From Bryobacterales bacterium (GTDB lineage: Bacteria > Acidobacteriota > Terriglobia > Bryobacterales > UBA6623): a stretch of DNA of 64,000 nt. The notes beneath the pieces were generated by a model that was not told the DNA's origin, searched no databases, and worked only from the letters and a program-made list of their open reading frames with translations. Each line of letters starts with the position of its first letter. Within the stretch, counting starts at the first letter, position 1. Shown one piece after another: positions 9,691 to 18,574 of this stretch. The translations under genes and the position numbers were made by a program. The stretch spans positions 593,375 through 657,374 of the forward strand of contig CBDCOA010000003.1 in NCBI GenBank assembly GCA_965219585.1, given 5' to 3'.

Positions 9691-11271
9691 ATGCGTTCCA
9701 TGACACTGCAACGAATCCTGCCAGCGGCCCTCGCCCGGCTCGGCGCGGCCAGCTGCGTTCTCGCGGCGATCACGGGCTGCCAAGGCCCGGAGCCCTCCGT
9801 ATCCCGGCCCAACATCATCTTTCTGCTTACCGACGATCAGAGGGCGGATGCCCTCAGCATCGCTGGCAATCCGATCCTTCAGACCCCTCACATTGACAAG
9901 CTGGCCAATGACGGCGTGCGCTTCACCGAGGCCCACGTGGTCGCCCCGGTTTGCATGCCCAGCCGCACGAGCTTCATGAACGGCCAGTACGAGCGCGTAC
10001 ATCAGATCGGCTTCTCATCCCCGAACGTGATTTCCGACGCGCAGTGGGACCAGACCTACTCCGCGCTGCTGCGCCGGCAGGGCTATCACGTCGGCTTCGT
10101 CGGCAAGATCGGATTGCAACAGTACTCATTCCGTGGCAAGCCTCTGGAAAAGTTCGACTTCTGGCGCGGCCACGATGACTGGGCCCGATTCTGGCCGAAG
10201 GAGTTCGAGCACCTCGCGATCTATCACGATGCCGAGGCGGAAATTGTCACGCCGATCATGAGCGACAGCATCGAGCGCTTCCTCGACGACGCACCGGCTG
10301 ACAAGCCCTTCATACTTTCGGTCAGTTTCTCCGCCCCACACGGCTCGATCTCCGGATCGATGCTCTACCCCGAAGAAGACGGAGCGACCCGCATGACCAA
10401 GCCGGCGAACTCCCATCCAAAGCTGGCGAACCATCCGATATATGACTCGCTGTATCGCGACGCCGACCTGCAGCCTCCCAGCACGTTCGGCGACGACACC
10501 GCGGAGCATATCCCGTTGGATGTGCATCCAAGAGAGGGCCGCATGAATACCTACTCGTACTCCTATCTCGGCCCGGAGGTGTTGCGCGAGCATCGCGTGC
10601 GCTACTACCAACTGATCCATGGCGTCGACCGAGCCGTCGGCCAGCTGCGGGAGAGCTTGGAACAGCGGGGCATCGCCGACAACACGGTGATCGTATTCAG
10701 CAGCGACCACGGCCTGCTGATGGGCGAATACGCGATGGGCGGCAAGTCCCTGCTCTACGATCTGACCACCCGCGTACCGCTGATCGTCTACGATCCCCGC
10801 GCTCCAGAGGAGTCGCGCGGTACCACGGTCGACGAACTGGTGCTCAGCATCGACGTTCCCGCAACCATAGCCGCTCTCGGCGGTCTGGACGTGCCGGCCA
10901 GCATGCAGGGGCGGGACCTGGGCCCGTTGCTAGCTGACCCGCAGGCCGAGTGGCGGGACGAGATCTTTATCGAGAGCCTGTTCCTGATGCGCACCGGGCC
11001 GTACATGGAAGCGGTGCGCACGAAGGATTGGAAGTACGTGCGCTACTTCCGCAGCGACAAGGCGCAATACGGCGAGCAAGACGTCGACTTTCGGGGGCGC
11101 CAGCCCGATTTCGAGCAGTTCTTTGACCTCAACAATGATCCGGGGGAGGAAGCCAATCTCGTTACAGAGCCCGCCCTGCAAGGGCGCATTGAAGGATTTC
11201 GCGAGCGTTGCAAGCAGCACTCTGCCGCCCTAGTGCTGGCACGCCAAGATACCGAGACGTACCCGCGCTAG
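9691..11271 (+). CDS. Sulfatase (lipoprotein-type signal)
   Basis: Has a lipobox (LAAITGC), then NIIFLLTDDQRAD and the CMPSRTSFMNGQ signature (C-x-P-x-R). Confidence 0.85.
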   Translation: MRSMTLQRILPAALARLGAASCVLAAITGCQGPEPSVSRPNIIFLLTDDQRADALSIAGNPILQTPHIDKLANDGVRFTEAHVVAPVCMPSRTSFMNGQYERVHQIGFSSPNVISDAQWDQTYSALLRRQGYHVGFVGKIGLQQYSFRGKPLEKFDFWRGHDDWARFWPKEFEHLAIYHDAEAEIVTPIMSDSIERFLDDAPADKPFILSVSFSAPHGSISGSMLYPEEDGATRMTKPANSHPKLANHPIYDSLYRDADLQPPSTFGDDTAEHIPLDVHPREGRMNTYSYSYLGPEVLREHRVRYYQLIHGVDRAVGQLRESLEQRGIADNTVIVFSSDHGLLMGEYAMGGKSLLYDLTTRVPLIVYDPRAPEESRGTTVDELVLSIDVPATIAALGGLDVPASMQGRDLGPLLADPQAEWRDEIFIESLFLMRTGPYMEAVRTKDWKYVRYFRSDKAQYGEQDVDFRGRQPDFEQFFDLNNDPGEEANLVTEPALQGRIEGFRERCKQHSAALVLARQDTETYPR

Positions 11272-11440
11272 CCTCCTTGTCTCGGCGCACGGTGGCCAAT
11301 CAGGTCGAGTCTCGAGGCCGAGGCCCTGCTCTTGGCCAGCTTGGCGGACCCTTCCCGACAGGCACGCCGGTTCGCGGTGCGGCTGCGTTCCCCCGAATGA
11401 CAGCCCTTTTATAATCACGAAGGAAGGACGCCTGCACGGA

Positions 11441-12292
11441 TTGGGATCCAGCATGTCGCTCAAGGCCCGCACAACGACGGCACTGGCCGACGCGGCCCCC
11501 TCCGCCCCCGACGCGGCGGCGCAGGAGCCCGACACCGTCGAGTACCCGGAACGGCAGTGGATCGCACAAAGCGTCTGGCACGGGGAGGCGGTCCTGCTGG
11601 CCACGACAGCGCTGCGCAGCCGCTTCCGAGACCAAGAGGACGTGCTGGTGGCCATGGAACTGGCGGTGTACTACGAGCGCGGCGACGACACGGCCTGGCT
11701 GCAGCCGGACGTGCAGGTGGTGTTCGGCGTGGGACGCAGGGGGAACCGCAGCACGTACAAGGTCTGGGAGGAAGGCAAGCCGCCGGACTTCGTGCTGGAA
11801 GTGGCGTCGCCGTCCACGGAAGAACACGACGCCCGCTACAAGGCTAGGGAGTACGCCCGGATGGGAGTGCGCGAGTACTGGAGGCTGGACCCAGAAGGAG
11901 CGCTGATGGAGACGGCCTTGGAGGGCTCTGCGGCGACTGGGGGGACGTACGAGCCTGTGGAGGCCGTGGAGCGCCCGGGGGGTGGCAGGCAGCTGCGGAG
12001 CCGGGTGCTGGGGCTGGACCTGCGCAGCCGGAAGCGGGACGGAGCCACGGTGCTGGTGTTCGCCGACCCGGTGACGGGCGAGGAGTTCGACGGTGCGCCG
12101 GAGGAAGCGGAGCGGCGGCGGCGGATCGCCCAGGATCAGCTAGCCGCTACTCAGGATCGCTTGACGGTTGCGGAAGATCGGGCCAACGCCGAACGGGCAC
12201 GGGCCAATGCGGCCGAGGATAGAGTGCGGACACTGGAGGAGCGACTCCAGAACCTCGCGAGTCGTGACCGTCCTTCAGGGCTAGATTCCTAG
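11441..12292 (+). CDS. Uma2-family (DUF820) putative restriction-endonuclease-like protein with coiled-coil tail
   Basis: Shows the PD-(D/E)xK-like Uma2 pattern (PDVQVVFG..., PDFVLEVASPST...D...K...Y...GVREYWRLDP). The C-terminus is Ala/Arg/Glu-rich and helical. Confidence 0.7.
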   Translation: MGSSMSLKARTTTALADAAPSAPDAAAQEPDTVEYPERQWIAQSVWHGEAVLLATTALRSRFRDQEDVLVAMELAVYYERGDDTAWLQPDVQVVFGVGRRGNRSTYKVWEEGKPPDFVLEVASPSTEEHDARYKAREYARMGVREYWRLDPEGALMETALEGSAATGGTYEPVEAVERPGGGRQLRSRVLGLDLRSRKRDGATVLVFADPVTGEEFDGAPEEAERRRRIAQDQLAATQDRLTVAEDRANAERARANAAEDRVRTLEERLQNLASRDRPSGLDS

Positions 12293-12592
12293 GCACGAGC
12301 CCTCCAGCGCATGGCGAAGCCGTCCCGCCGCGTTGGGCCCAGCCAAGCACTGGCATCTGGTAGAGCGCCGACAGATTCCCTGAAATCCTCCTCCAAGCCC
12401 GACAGTCCCTTGTCCGATCAGTCTGCCTGCCTTGCGCGATGCTGATCGTCGCCTTGCGTTCTGGGGCTCAACGGCTGCCTTGGCTGGTCTGAACTCAGCC
12501 TCGCTGGCTCTGGGTGGACCGCCCCAGCGCCCTGCCCATGCCCCACATCTCCACACTTGACAACGCTACGGTCGTTGTGGCATGTCTGAAAC

Positions 12593-14932
12593 ATGCTCGA
12601 CCAGCATTGCATTGCCAAGACTCTCTCCACCGCACAGGCCGTGGCGACCCTGCAGGTGCTGCTGGCACAGATCGGCAGCGCCAGCCGGAGCGCATTCGCC
12701 CGCCACGTCTGCCGCGAATTCGGCTTCCTCGACAGTCTCGGCCAGCCGCAGGCGGCCAGTTGCCACAAAGCCTTGCGCCACCTGCATCGGCAGGGTCGCA
12801 TCGAGTTGCCGCCGCCGCGCCATGGCGGCCGCGGCGGCCACTGCCGCCCGCGCCGGCTGCACCAGCCGCTGCCCGCCCCGCAGGCCGTCCCCGCTAGCGC
12901 CGGGGACTTGGCCGGACTCCAGCTGACCCTGGTCACCACGCCCGCACAGCGCCAAGTTTGGAATGAGCTGGTCGCCAGCGAGCACCCGCAGGGTGCCGTC
13001 ATTCACGTCGGCCCGCAGTTGCGCTACCTGATTGAGTCCGAGCACGGCCTGCTCGGGGCGCTCGGCTTCGCCGCCTCGGCCCTGGCGGTCGCGGCCCGCG
13101 ACGAGTGGGTCGGCTGGTCGGCCGCGCTGCGCCGCAAGCGCCTGCACCGCGTGCTGGCCCTGAGCCGTTTCCTGATCCGGCCCTCGGTGCGTTGCCACTT
13201 GCTGGCCTCCAAGGTGCTGGGCCAAGTCCTGCGGCGGCTGCCGCAAGACTTCTGCCAGCGCTACGGCTACCGCCCCGCCTTGCTGGAAACCTTCTGCGAC
13301 CCGCAACAGCACGCCGGCACCTGCTTCCGCGCCGCCAATTGGATCTGCGTGGGCCACACCGCCGGGCGCGGTCGTTTCGCCGGGCGCGCCCAGCGCGTGC
13401 CGGTCAAAACCATCTTTGTGTACCCGCTGCAGGCGGACTTCCGGGACGTGCTCGGGGCCGCCCAGCCACCCGCCTGCGAGCCGCTGGCAGCGGCCGCGGG
13501 CCTCGCCTTGGACACGTTCGCCGAGCACGAACTGGGACGCGCCCCGCTGGGTGATTTACGCTTGTCCAAGCGGCTGGTGCAGACCGCCCGCATGCAAGCC
13601 GGAGCTCCCATGGCATCGATTCCAGCCGCCGCGCAGGGCCTGCGCTCGGCCGTCAAGGGCCACTACCGCCTGATCGACCAGCCGGACGAGTCGGCGGTGA
13701 CCCCGGAGAACATCCTGGCCCCGCACCGCCAGCGCACGCTGCAGCGCATGCAGGCCGAGCGCACGGTGCTGTGCGTGCAGGACGGCACGGACCTGAACTT
13801 CGCCGAGCATCCGGGCTGCGCGGGGCTGGGCTTGATCGGCAAGAACCGCGGCTCGCAGGGCACGCTGGGGCTGCACCTGCACTCGACGCTGGCGCTGAGC
13901 CCGGAAGGCATCCCGCTGGGATTGCTCAAGCTGCAGTACGAAGCGCCGGACGGGCAGGCGCAGCGCGGGCGACCGCTGGAGGAGCGCAAGAGCTTCCGCT
14001 GGATCCGCGGGTTGCGGGACTGCGCGGAGGCGGCGGGCCGCTTGACGGACACGCGTGTGGTGGCGGTGATGGACCGCGAGGCCGACGTGCTGGCGTTGTT
14101 CAGCGAGCAGCGGCGGCTGGCGGGCGTGGAACTGCTGGTGCGGGCCAAGCACAACCGTGCGCTGGGGGCGGGTCAGCCGAAGCTGTTCGAGCAGATCCGG
14201 GAGCAGGCGGCGCAAGGCCGGTTGCAGATCGAAGTGGAGCGCAGTTCGGCGCGGCGGGGCAGCGCTCGCCAGAAGGCCAAGCCGTTGCGCGCGGCGCGCA
14301 CGGCGCAGGCGGAATTGCGCTGGCAGACGGTGGAGTTGGCGGCCGGGACACAGCGGGCGGGGCCGCTGCGGCTGCAGTTGGTGCACGTGTGGGAGCGGAC
14401 GGCGCCGGAGGGGGTGGAAGCGTTGGAGTGGTTTCTGCTCACGACGCTGCCGGTGCAGTCGCAGGCGCAGGCGGAGCAGGTGCTGCAGTGGTACCGGCTG
14501 AGGTGGCGCATCGAGGACTGGCACCGGATTCTCAAGTCGGGCTGCAAGGTGGAGTACCTGGGGCACCGGAGCGGGGAGCGGATCGAGCGGGCGGTGACGA
14601 TCAAGGCGGTGATTGCGTGGCGGCTGGCAGCGCTGACGCTGCTGGGGCGGGAGACGCCGGAATTGCCGGCCACGGTGTTTTTCACGCAGATCCAGTTGCG
14701 GGTGCTGCGGCACTTCACGAGCAAGCGCAGGTTGTCCGAGCCGGACAACCTGGGCTCGGCGGTGCTGGCGATGGCGATTCTGGGTGGCTACCTGAAGAAC
14801 CCGAAAGCGCCGCCGGGACACCAGAAGATCTGGGAAGGCTGGACCCGCTTGACCATCATGAGCGAGGCGTATGAGCTGCGCGACTACTTCGAGCCGCCTG
14901 CCAGCGCCTCTCAGGAGAAGCCCGGTTCATGA
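12593..14932 (+). CDS. IS4/Tn5(IS50)-like DDE transposase fused to an N-terminal DUF4338 (DruA-like) domain
   Basis: The N-terminal ~270 aa carry DUF4338-like motifs (RDEWVGWS, SRFLIRP, LLETFCDPQQHAGTCFRAANW). The C-terminal part is an IS4-type catalytic region with the Y-(2)-R-(3)-E-(6)-K signature (YRLRWRIEDWHRILKSGCKVE) and a Tn5-like tail (IWEGWTRL). The element termini are not resolved. Confidence 0.75.
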   Translation: MLDQHCIAKTLSTAQAVATLQVLLAQIGSASRSAFARHVCREFGFLDSLGQPQAASCHKALRHLHRQGRIELPPPRHGGRGGHCRPRRLHQPLPAPQAVPASAGDLAGLQLTLVTTPAQRQVWNELVASEHPQGAVIHVGPQLRYLIESEHGLLGALGFAASALAVAARDEWVGWSAALRRKRLHRVLALSRFLIRPSVRCHLLASKVLGQVLRRLPQDFCQRYGYRPALLETFCDPQQHAGTCFRAANWICVGHTAGRGRFAGRAQRVPVKTIFVYPLQADFRDVLGAAQPPACEPLAAAAGLALDTFAEHELGRAPLGDLRLSKRLVQTARMQAGAPMASIPAAAQGLRSAVKGHYRLIDQPDESAVTPENILAPHRQRTLQRMQAERTVLCVQDGTDLNFAEHPGCAGLGLIGKNRGSQGTLGLHLHSTLALSPEGIPLGLLKLQYEAPDGQAQRGRPLEERKSFRWIRGLRDCAEAAGRLTDTRVVAVMDREADVLALFSEQRRLAGVELLVRAKHNRALGAGQPKLFEQIREQAAQGRLQIEVERSSARRGSARQKAKPLRAARTAQAELRWQTVELAAGTQRAGPLRLQLVHVWERTAPEGVEALEWFLLTTLPVQSQAQAEQVLQWYRLRWRIEDWHRILKSGCKVEYLGHRSGERIERAVTIKAVIAWRLAALTLLGRETPELPATVFFTQIQLRVLRHFTSKRRLSEPDNLGSAVLAMAILGGYLKNPKAPPGHQKIWEGWTRLTIMSEAYELRDYFEPPASASQEKPGS

Positions 14933-15092
14933 CTTGTGGGGTAACGGCAGCCAGCGCCTGATGCCTTTACTAGAGAGTTCCTGCTCGGTCTCAGGCAGGA
15001 CCAGAACATCAGATACATTTGTCGGGTGCTATAGCATTAGGCCGAGATGGTGACTAGCATTGCGCTGCGGTGTCCGGTCCGGTAGTTTCAGG

Positions 15093-15380
15093 ATGCGATT
15101 CCAAGCCGTCGGTACCGTGGTAGTTGCGTCCTGTCTCGCGATTGGCTGCGGTCGCGGAGGCGATCCGAGATCCGTTCCGCCGCTCCCACCCCCGCCAGGC
15201 GAAATCAGCACATTGCGAGACACGTGGGAATACGCGGAGTGCGCAAAGGCAATGCGTTCGGCCCGAGAGCAATACGTTGTGGACTGCTCGCGGTCGAGGT
15301 CAAAGCAGGAATGCAGGGAGTTGGCGGCGGAACGCTACAAGGGCCAGAAAGCATTCTGCGAGTCACTGCTGCTTCGCTGA
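15093..15380 (+). CDS. Small hypothetical lipoprotein
   Basis: Has a lipoprotein-type signal (MRFQAVGTVVVASCLAIGCG) followed by a Cys-containing helical polypeptide. I recognise no family. Confidence 0.35.
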   Translation: MRFQAVGTVVVASCLAIGCGRGGDPRSVPPLPPPPGEISTLRDTWEYAECAKAMRSAREQYVVDCSRSRSKQECRELAAERYKGQKAFCESLLLR

Positions 15381-15786
15381 TGCTCTGACCGGCGCCGGAC
15401 GTCTCCCAAGCACCGATCGGCTGCAGTCCCTCGGATGACCGCCCGGATCGCAGGGATAGTCATCGAGATCGACATAGTTCTGGCCAGAGCAAGCCGAGCA
15501 CTAGAATCGCCCTCGCTTCCAGTGCGGCGACTCCGTTAGCCGTCGTCTTGCATCCGTCCGCGATCGGCAGCTGAGCAGGCTTGCTTGAGACCAGCGACGG
15601 CATAGAGCCGCATCTCAGCCGTGGACTCGTGATTATCTGGGCAAATTATCTAGGCTAGCTGTCGCGTGGCTGGCAGCCCGTATCGCGGACGAGCGCACGA
15701 TCGGCGCCGCCCTGCTGCAGTGCCGACTGCAGCAAGTGCAACCTCTCCCGCATTGCACCAACTAGGCCGCCTGTATCAACTGCGTG

Positions 15787-15795
15787 CGGTCGCTA
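15787..15795. repeat. Left copy of the 9-bp target-site duplication CGGTCGCTA of the ISKra4-like element
   Basis: An identical 9-mer occurs at 17685-17693, immediately outside the terminal inverted repeats. Confidence 0.8.
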
Positions 15796-15865
15796 GGGTG
15801 TACGACTTCAAAGTGATATAGCAGGGGTTCCGGGCGGTTGAAGGCCCGAGCCAGCGGGGCAGGCA

Positions 15866-17230
15866 TCAGGGGCGGGTAGTGCGGTAGGCCCAGAAGTCCT
15901 CGTAGAGTCCACTGAGCTTGCAGCAGCGCAAGGCGGCGATCGCATTGGCGCCTGCTTTGGTCCAGTGCATCCCGGAACGCTTCAGGCGCGTGCCGAGCAC
16001 AGCCTTGCAGGCAGACTCTACGATGCCCGAAGAAACGCACAGCCCGCGGGCGCGGAAGTCGGCGTATTGCATGCGCGCGCGGTTGTTTTCGATGTAGTTG
16101 GCGCACTGGGTGGCCGCGCAGCAGTCGGCGTGGGAGCGCAGGATGGCCAGCACGTCGTCGAGGCAGCCGTCGTCGAGTTCGTCGCAGCGCACGTCGGCCC
16201 ACAGCCGGGCGTGCTCGGGCTGGTCGGGGAAGAGCGCTTTCGAGACCGCGTGCAAGTGCTCTTTGGCGTGGAACAGATCCACAATCTGGATCGCACCGGG
16301 GTAGTCTTCCCCGGCGATCTTCCAAATCCAGGCAGCTCCGTCACCGAGGATCACGCGGCGCTGGGCTTGCGGGAAGCCGCGCCGCTCGGCCTCGCGCCGC
16401 ACGCGCTGGGCGAACGGGGAGGGCTGTGGGTCGGTGTCGCGGCTGGCCGCGCTCTCGATCGCGGCCGAGTAGCTGGCCGAGCCGGGGTCGCGCATCGGGC
16501 GGCCGGTCTTGGGGTGGCGCGACTGGGCCGTCCAGACTACCGACAGCTTGGCCTCGCGGGTCTTGGCCGAGCCGTCGGGCTGCTTGCCGGCGCGCCCGGC
16601 CGTCTCGCTGGAGCGCATCGGCAAGCCGGTGCCGTCCAAGCCGAGATACATGGTCGGGGCAGACGGGCCCTCGGCAGGGAAAGCCCCGGCTTGCTCGGCG
16701 GCGGCGATCTCGCTGCCGAGCGCCTCGGCGCAGCGCTCGACCTGCTTGGCTTCCACGCGCACGCCGGCCAGTTCGGCGAGCAGCTCGGAGGACTCGGCGA
16801 AGCTGACCAGAGCGGCGCTCGCGCCGGTCATGCGCAGCACGCCGGGCGAGAGCGAGCAGCCGTGCAAGCCCAGGCTGTGGTCGCGCGGGCAGCAGCCGTG
16901 GCCGCAGGCCGGGCAATGGTAATAGGCGCGCTGGAGGGTGAGCGGGCCCAGCACGCTCTCGAAGGTCTTGGGGCGGCGGCCGGCGTAGCGGGCCGGCCGA
17001 CCACAGTCGGGGCAGTCTCGCAGCGGGCCGCAGTGGTCGGAGCGGTCGGCGTCGAGGCGCTGCTCGACGGCGCGCGCGGCGAGTTGCAGGGCGCTGCGGC
17101 GGACAGCGGTCTCGACGGCCTCGAAGTCGATGGGATCGTCCGGGCGGGTGCCGACGAAGCGGTCGATCTCGGCGCGGATGTCGGGTGCGAAGCTCTGGCT
17201 CAGCGTTTTTTTTTCGCCTGTTCGGCGGCC
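15866..17230 (-). CDS. ISKra4-family transposase frame (orfB), probably expressed as an orfA-orfB fusion by -1 frameshifting
   Basis: The frame is open from 17230. The N-terminal 92 codons (SQSFAPDIRAEIDRFVG...CPDCGRPARYAGRRPKTFESVLGPLTLQRAYYHCPACGHG) look like a conserved ISKra4 N-terminus. No ATG, GTG or TTG start occurs before 16954. Confidence 0.8.
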   Translation of the reverse strand, partial: GRRTGEKKTLSQSFAPDIRAEIDRFVGTRPDDPIDFEAVETAVRRSALQLAARAVEQRLDADRSDHCGPLRDCPDCGRPARYAGRRPKTFESVLGPLTLQRAYYHCPACGHGCCPRDHSLGLHGCSLSPGVLRMTGASAALVSFAESSELLAELAGVRVEAKQVERCAEALGSEIAAAEQAGAFPAEGPSAPTMYLGLDGTGLPMRSSETAGRAGKQPDGSAKTREAKLSVVWTAQSRHPKTGRPMRDPGSASYSAAIESAASRDTDPQPSPFAQRVRREAERRGFPQAQRRVILGDGAAWIWKIAGEDYPGAIQIVDLFHAKEHLHAVSKALFPDQPEHARLWADVRCDELDDGCLDDVLAILRSHADCCAATQCANYIENNRARMQYADFRARGLCVSSGIVESACKAVLGTRLKRSGMHWTKAGANAIAALRCCKLSGLYEDFWAYRTTRP

Positions 17231-17571
17231 TCAGCAGTTTGGGCCATGCGGGCCCGGCAGATTTGCTCGCTGATCTGGACCAGTTCCGCGGACAGGGCCT
17301 GGAAGCGGCGGTAGTTGGCAATCTGCTGGCGGGCGGTGTCGACTTGGTCGGGGCGCAGCGAGCGGGTGACGGTCTTGCCGTCGGTCTTGAAGGTGAGCGA
17401 CCAGTAGGGGCCGTGCAGCTTGCCTCCGGGCGAGCGGCATTGGCAGCCGGGCTTGCCACAGGGGCGGGAGCGAGACGAGAGGGAGCCGGGGCGCATGTCG
17501 CCGAGTTCGGCGAGCAGCCGCAAGATGCACAGCTTGCGGTCTTGGAGAGCGGAGAGGGAGAGAGTGAGCAC
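17200..17571 (-). CDS. IS orfA, DUF6788-like zinc-ribbon protein
   Basis: GTG start with AGGAGG 5 nt upstream. Carries the motif CGKPGCQCRSPGGKLHGPYWSLTFKTDGKTVTRSL. The ORF ends ..AEQAKKKR* inside the A9 run. Confidence 0.75.
   Translation of the reverse strand: MLTLSLSALQDRKLCILRLLAELGDMRPGSLSSRSRPCGKPGCQCRSPGGKLHGPYWSLTFKTDGKTVTRSLRPDQVDTARQQIANYRRFQALSAELVQISEQICRARMAQTAEAAEQAKKKR
17206..17214 (-). promoter_or_regulatory. A9 slippery run (candidate -1 ribosomal frameshift or transcriptional slippage site)
   Basis: The minus strand reads GCG AAA AAA AAA CGC TGA. The -1 frame is open only from 17230, after a TGA at 17231-17233, and continues into the transposase. Confidence 0.6.
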
Positions 17572-17684
17572 AAGGGCCTCCTATCCTCCAGTATATAGTA
17601 CTGGAGGAATCCGAAATGCAACCCTATGCCCAATATGAGACTTCGTCTCAGTTCAGCGGGAAATCACGACCATGTCGTACACCC

Positions 17685-17693
17685 CGGTCGCTA
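17685..17693. repeat. Right copy of the 9-bp target-site duplication CGGTCGCTA
   Basis: Identical to 15787-15795. Confidence 0.8.
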
Positions 17694-17800
17694 GCGGCAG
17701 TTGACCGGAAACCCGGCCACCCGCTACAATCAACACAGTACGGCGCAGTTACCTTCCTCATGGAGGGCCTGCGTCTTTTCCTTAACTGGGACCCAGCACC

Positions 17801-18112
17801 ATGTACGCGATCATCGAGACCGGCGGCAAGCAGTACACCGTCTCCCCCGGGGACGAGATCCAAGTCGAGAAGATCGATGGCGGCATCGGTGACGCGGTGA
17901 CTTTCGACAAGGTCGTCGCCGTCTCTGACGAAGACGGAACGCTACATGCGGGCAACGACGCCAGCGGCAGCGTGTCGGCGACCATTTCCGGCCACGGCAG
18001 GCACAAGAAGATCGACGTCTTCAAGTTCAAGCGTCGCAAGATGTACCGCCGCCGAATGGGGCACCGGCAGTCTTTCACGCAGGTGCGGATTGAGTCGATC
18101 TCGGGCGAGTAG
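17801..18112 (+). CDS. rplU: 50S ribosomal protein L21
   Basis: MYAIIETGGKQYTVSPGDEIQVEKI... is the canonical L21 N-terminus. 103 aa. Confidence 0.95.
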   Translation: MYAIIETGGKQYTVSPGDEIQVEKIDGGIGDAVTFDKVVAVSDEDGTLHAGNDASGSVSATISGHGRHKKIDVFKFKRRKMYRRRMGHRQSFTQVRIESISGE

Positions 18113-18136
18113 GAAGGGACGCCCCTAGGAGCAAGT

Positions 18137-18403
18137 ATGGCGCACAAGAAAGGCCAAGGAACTTCCCGCAACGGCCGAGACTCCCACTCGAAGCGGCTTG
18201 GCGTGAAGCGCTTCGCCGGGCAAGTCGTCACGGCCGGCAGCATCCTCGTCCGCCAGCGCGGAACGCGCTTCCGCCCGGGCGTCAACGTCGGCCGGGGTCG
18301 GGACGACACCCTGTTTGCGAAGATCGACGGGATCGTGGAGTTTCGCAACCGCGGCCGCATGGGCCGCATGATCAGCGTCCACCCCGTCGAGCAGGCAAGC
18401 TGA
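18137..18403 (+). CDS. rpmA: 50S ribosomal protein L27
   Basis: [57 protein letters not shown] is the canonical L27 sequence. Confidence 0.95.
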   Translation: MAHKKGQGTSRNGRDSHSKRLGVKRFAGQVVTAGSILVRQRGTRFRPGVNVGRGRDDTLFAKIDGIVEFRNRGRMGRMISVHPVEQAS

Positions 18404-18574
18404 TCCGCCGCCCGCGGCGCGCTCGATCGCAAGCGATCGCACAGCGGGTCGAAGGGCCCGCGCTAGCGAAGCGTCCCAGCCGGCAGAGGCTGGGCAGACG
18501 GATCTTCGGATTTCGGAATGTCCTGCACCCCCGCGCGCGGCGAGGTCATTCCGGCAAGAGCGAACTCTTCAGCG

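Larger units (their letters stand above)
15796..17684 (-). mobile_element. ISKra4-family insertion sequence (1889 bp)
   Basis: Perfect 11-bp terminal inverted repeats: GGGTGTACGAC at 15796-15806 and GTCGTACACCC at 17674-17684. A further shared GTGAT sits 6 nt inside each end. The element is flanked by the 9-bp direct repeat CGGTCGCTA and contains orfA (DUF6788-like) and the transposase frame. Confidence 0.85.

Noticed and set aside
12566-14821. Two long minus-strand ORFs (320 aa and 421 aa) inside the IS4-like transposase gene
   Set aside because: They are Arg/Pro/Gln/Leu-rich and low-complexity, antisense to a transposase that carries clear catalytic motifs.
12420-15012. Termini and target duplication of the IS4/Tn5-like element
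   Set aside because: Only weak candidates were found: CTGA... ends at about 12489 and 14996, a shared inner CCCCACA, and an imperfect direct similarity TGGGG(C)T(C)AACGGC(T/A)GCC at about 12471 and 14936. None has a convincing inverted repeat plus duplication, so no boundaries are reported.
15965-17633. 449-aa plus-strand and 430-aa minus-strand ORFs covering the ISKra4-like element
   Set aside because: They are alternative frames or strands of the orfA/transposase genes. Their extreme Arg/Ala/Pro/Gly composition fits GC-driven open frames.
18403-18500. GCGATCGC-containing palindromes and a CCCAGCC/GGCTGGG hairpin after rpmA, considered as a terminator or HIP1-like repeat
   Set aside because: The stems are short (7 bp) with no T-tract, and GCGATCGC occurs here only as a local pair. 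The evidence is too weak to annotate.
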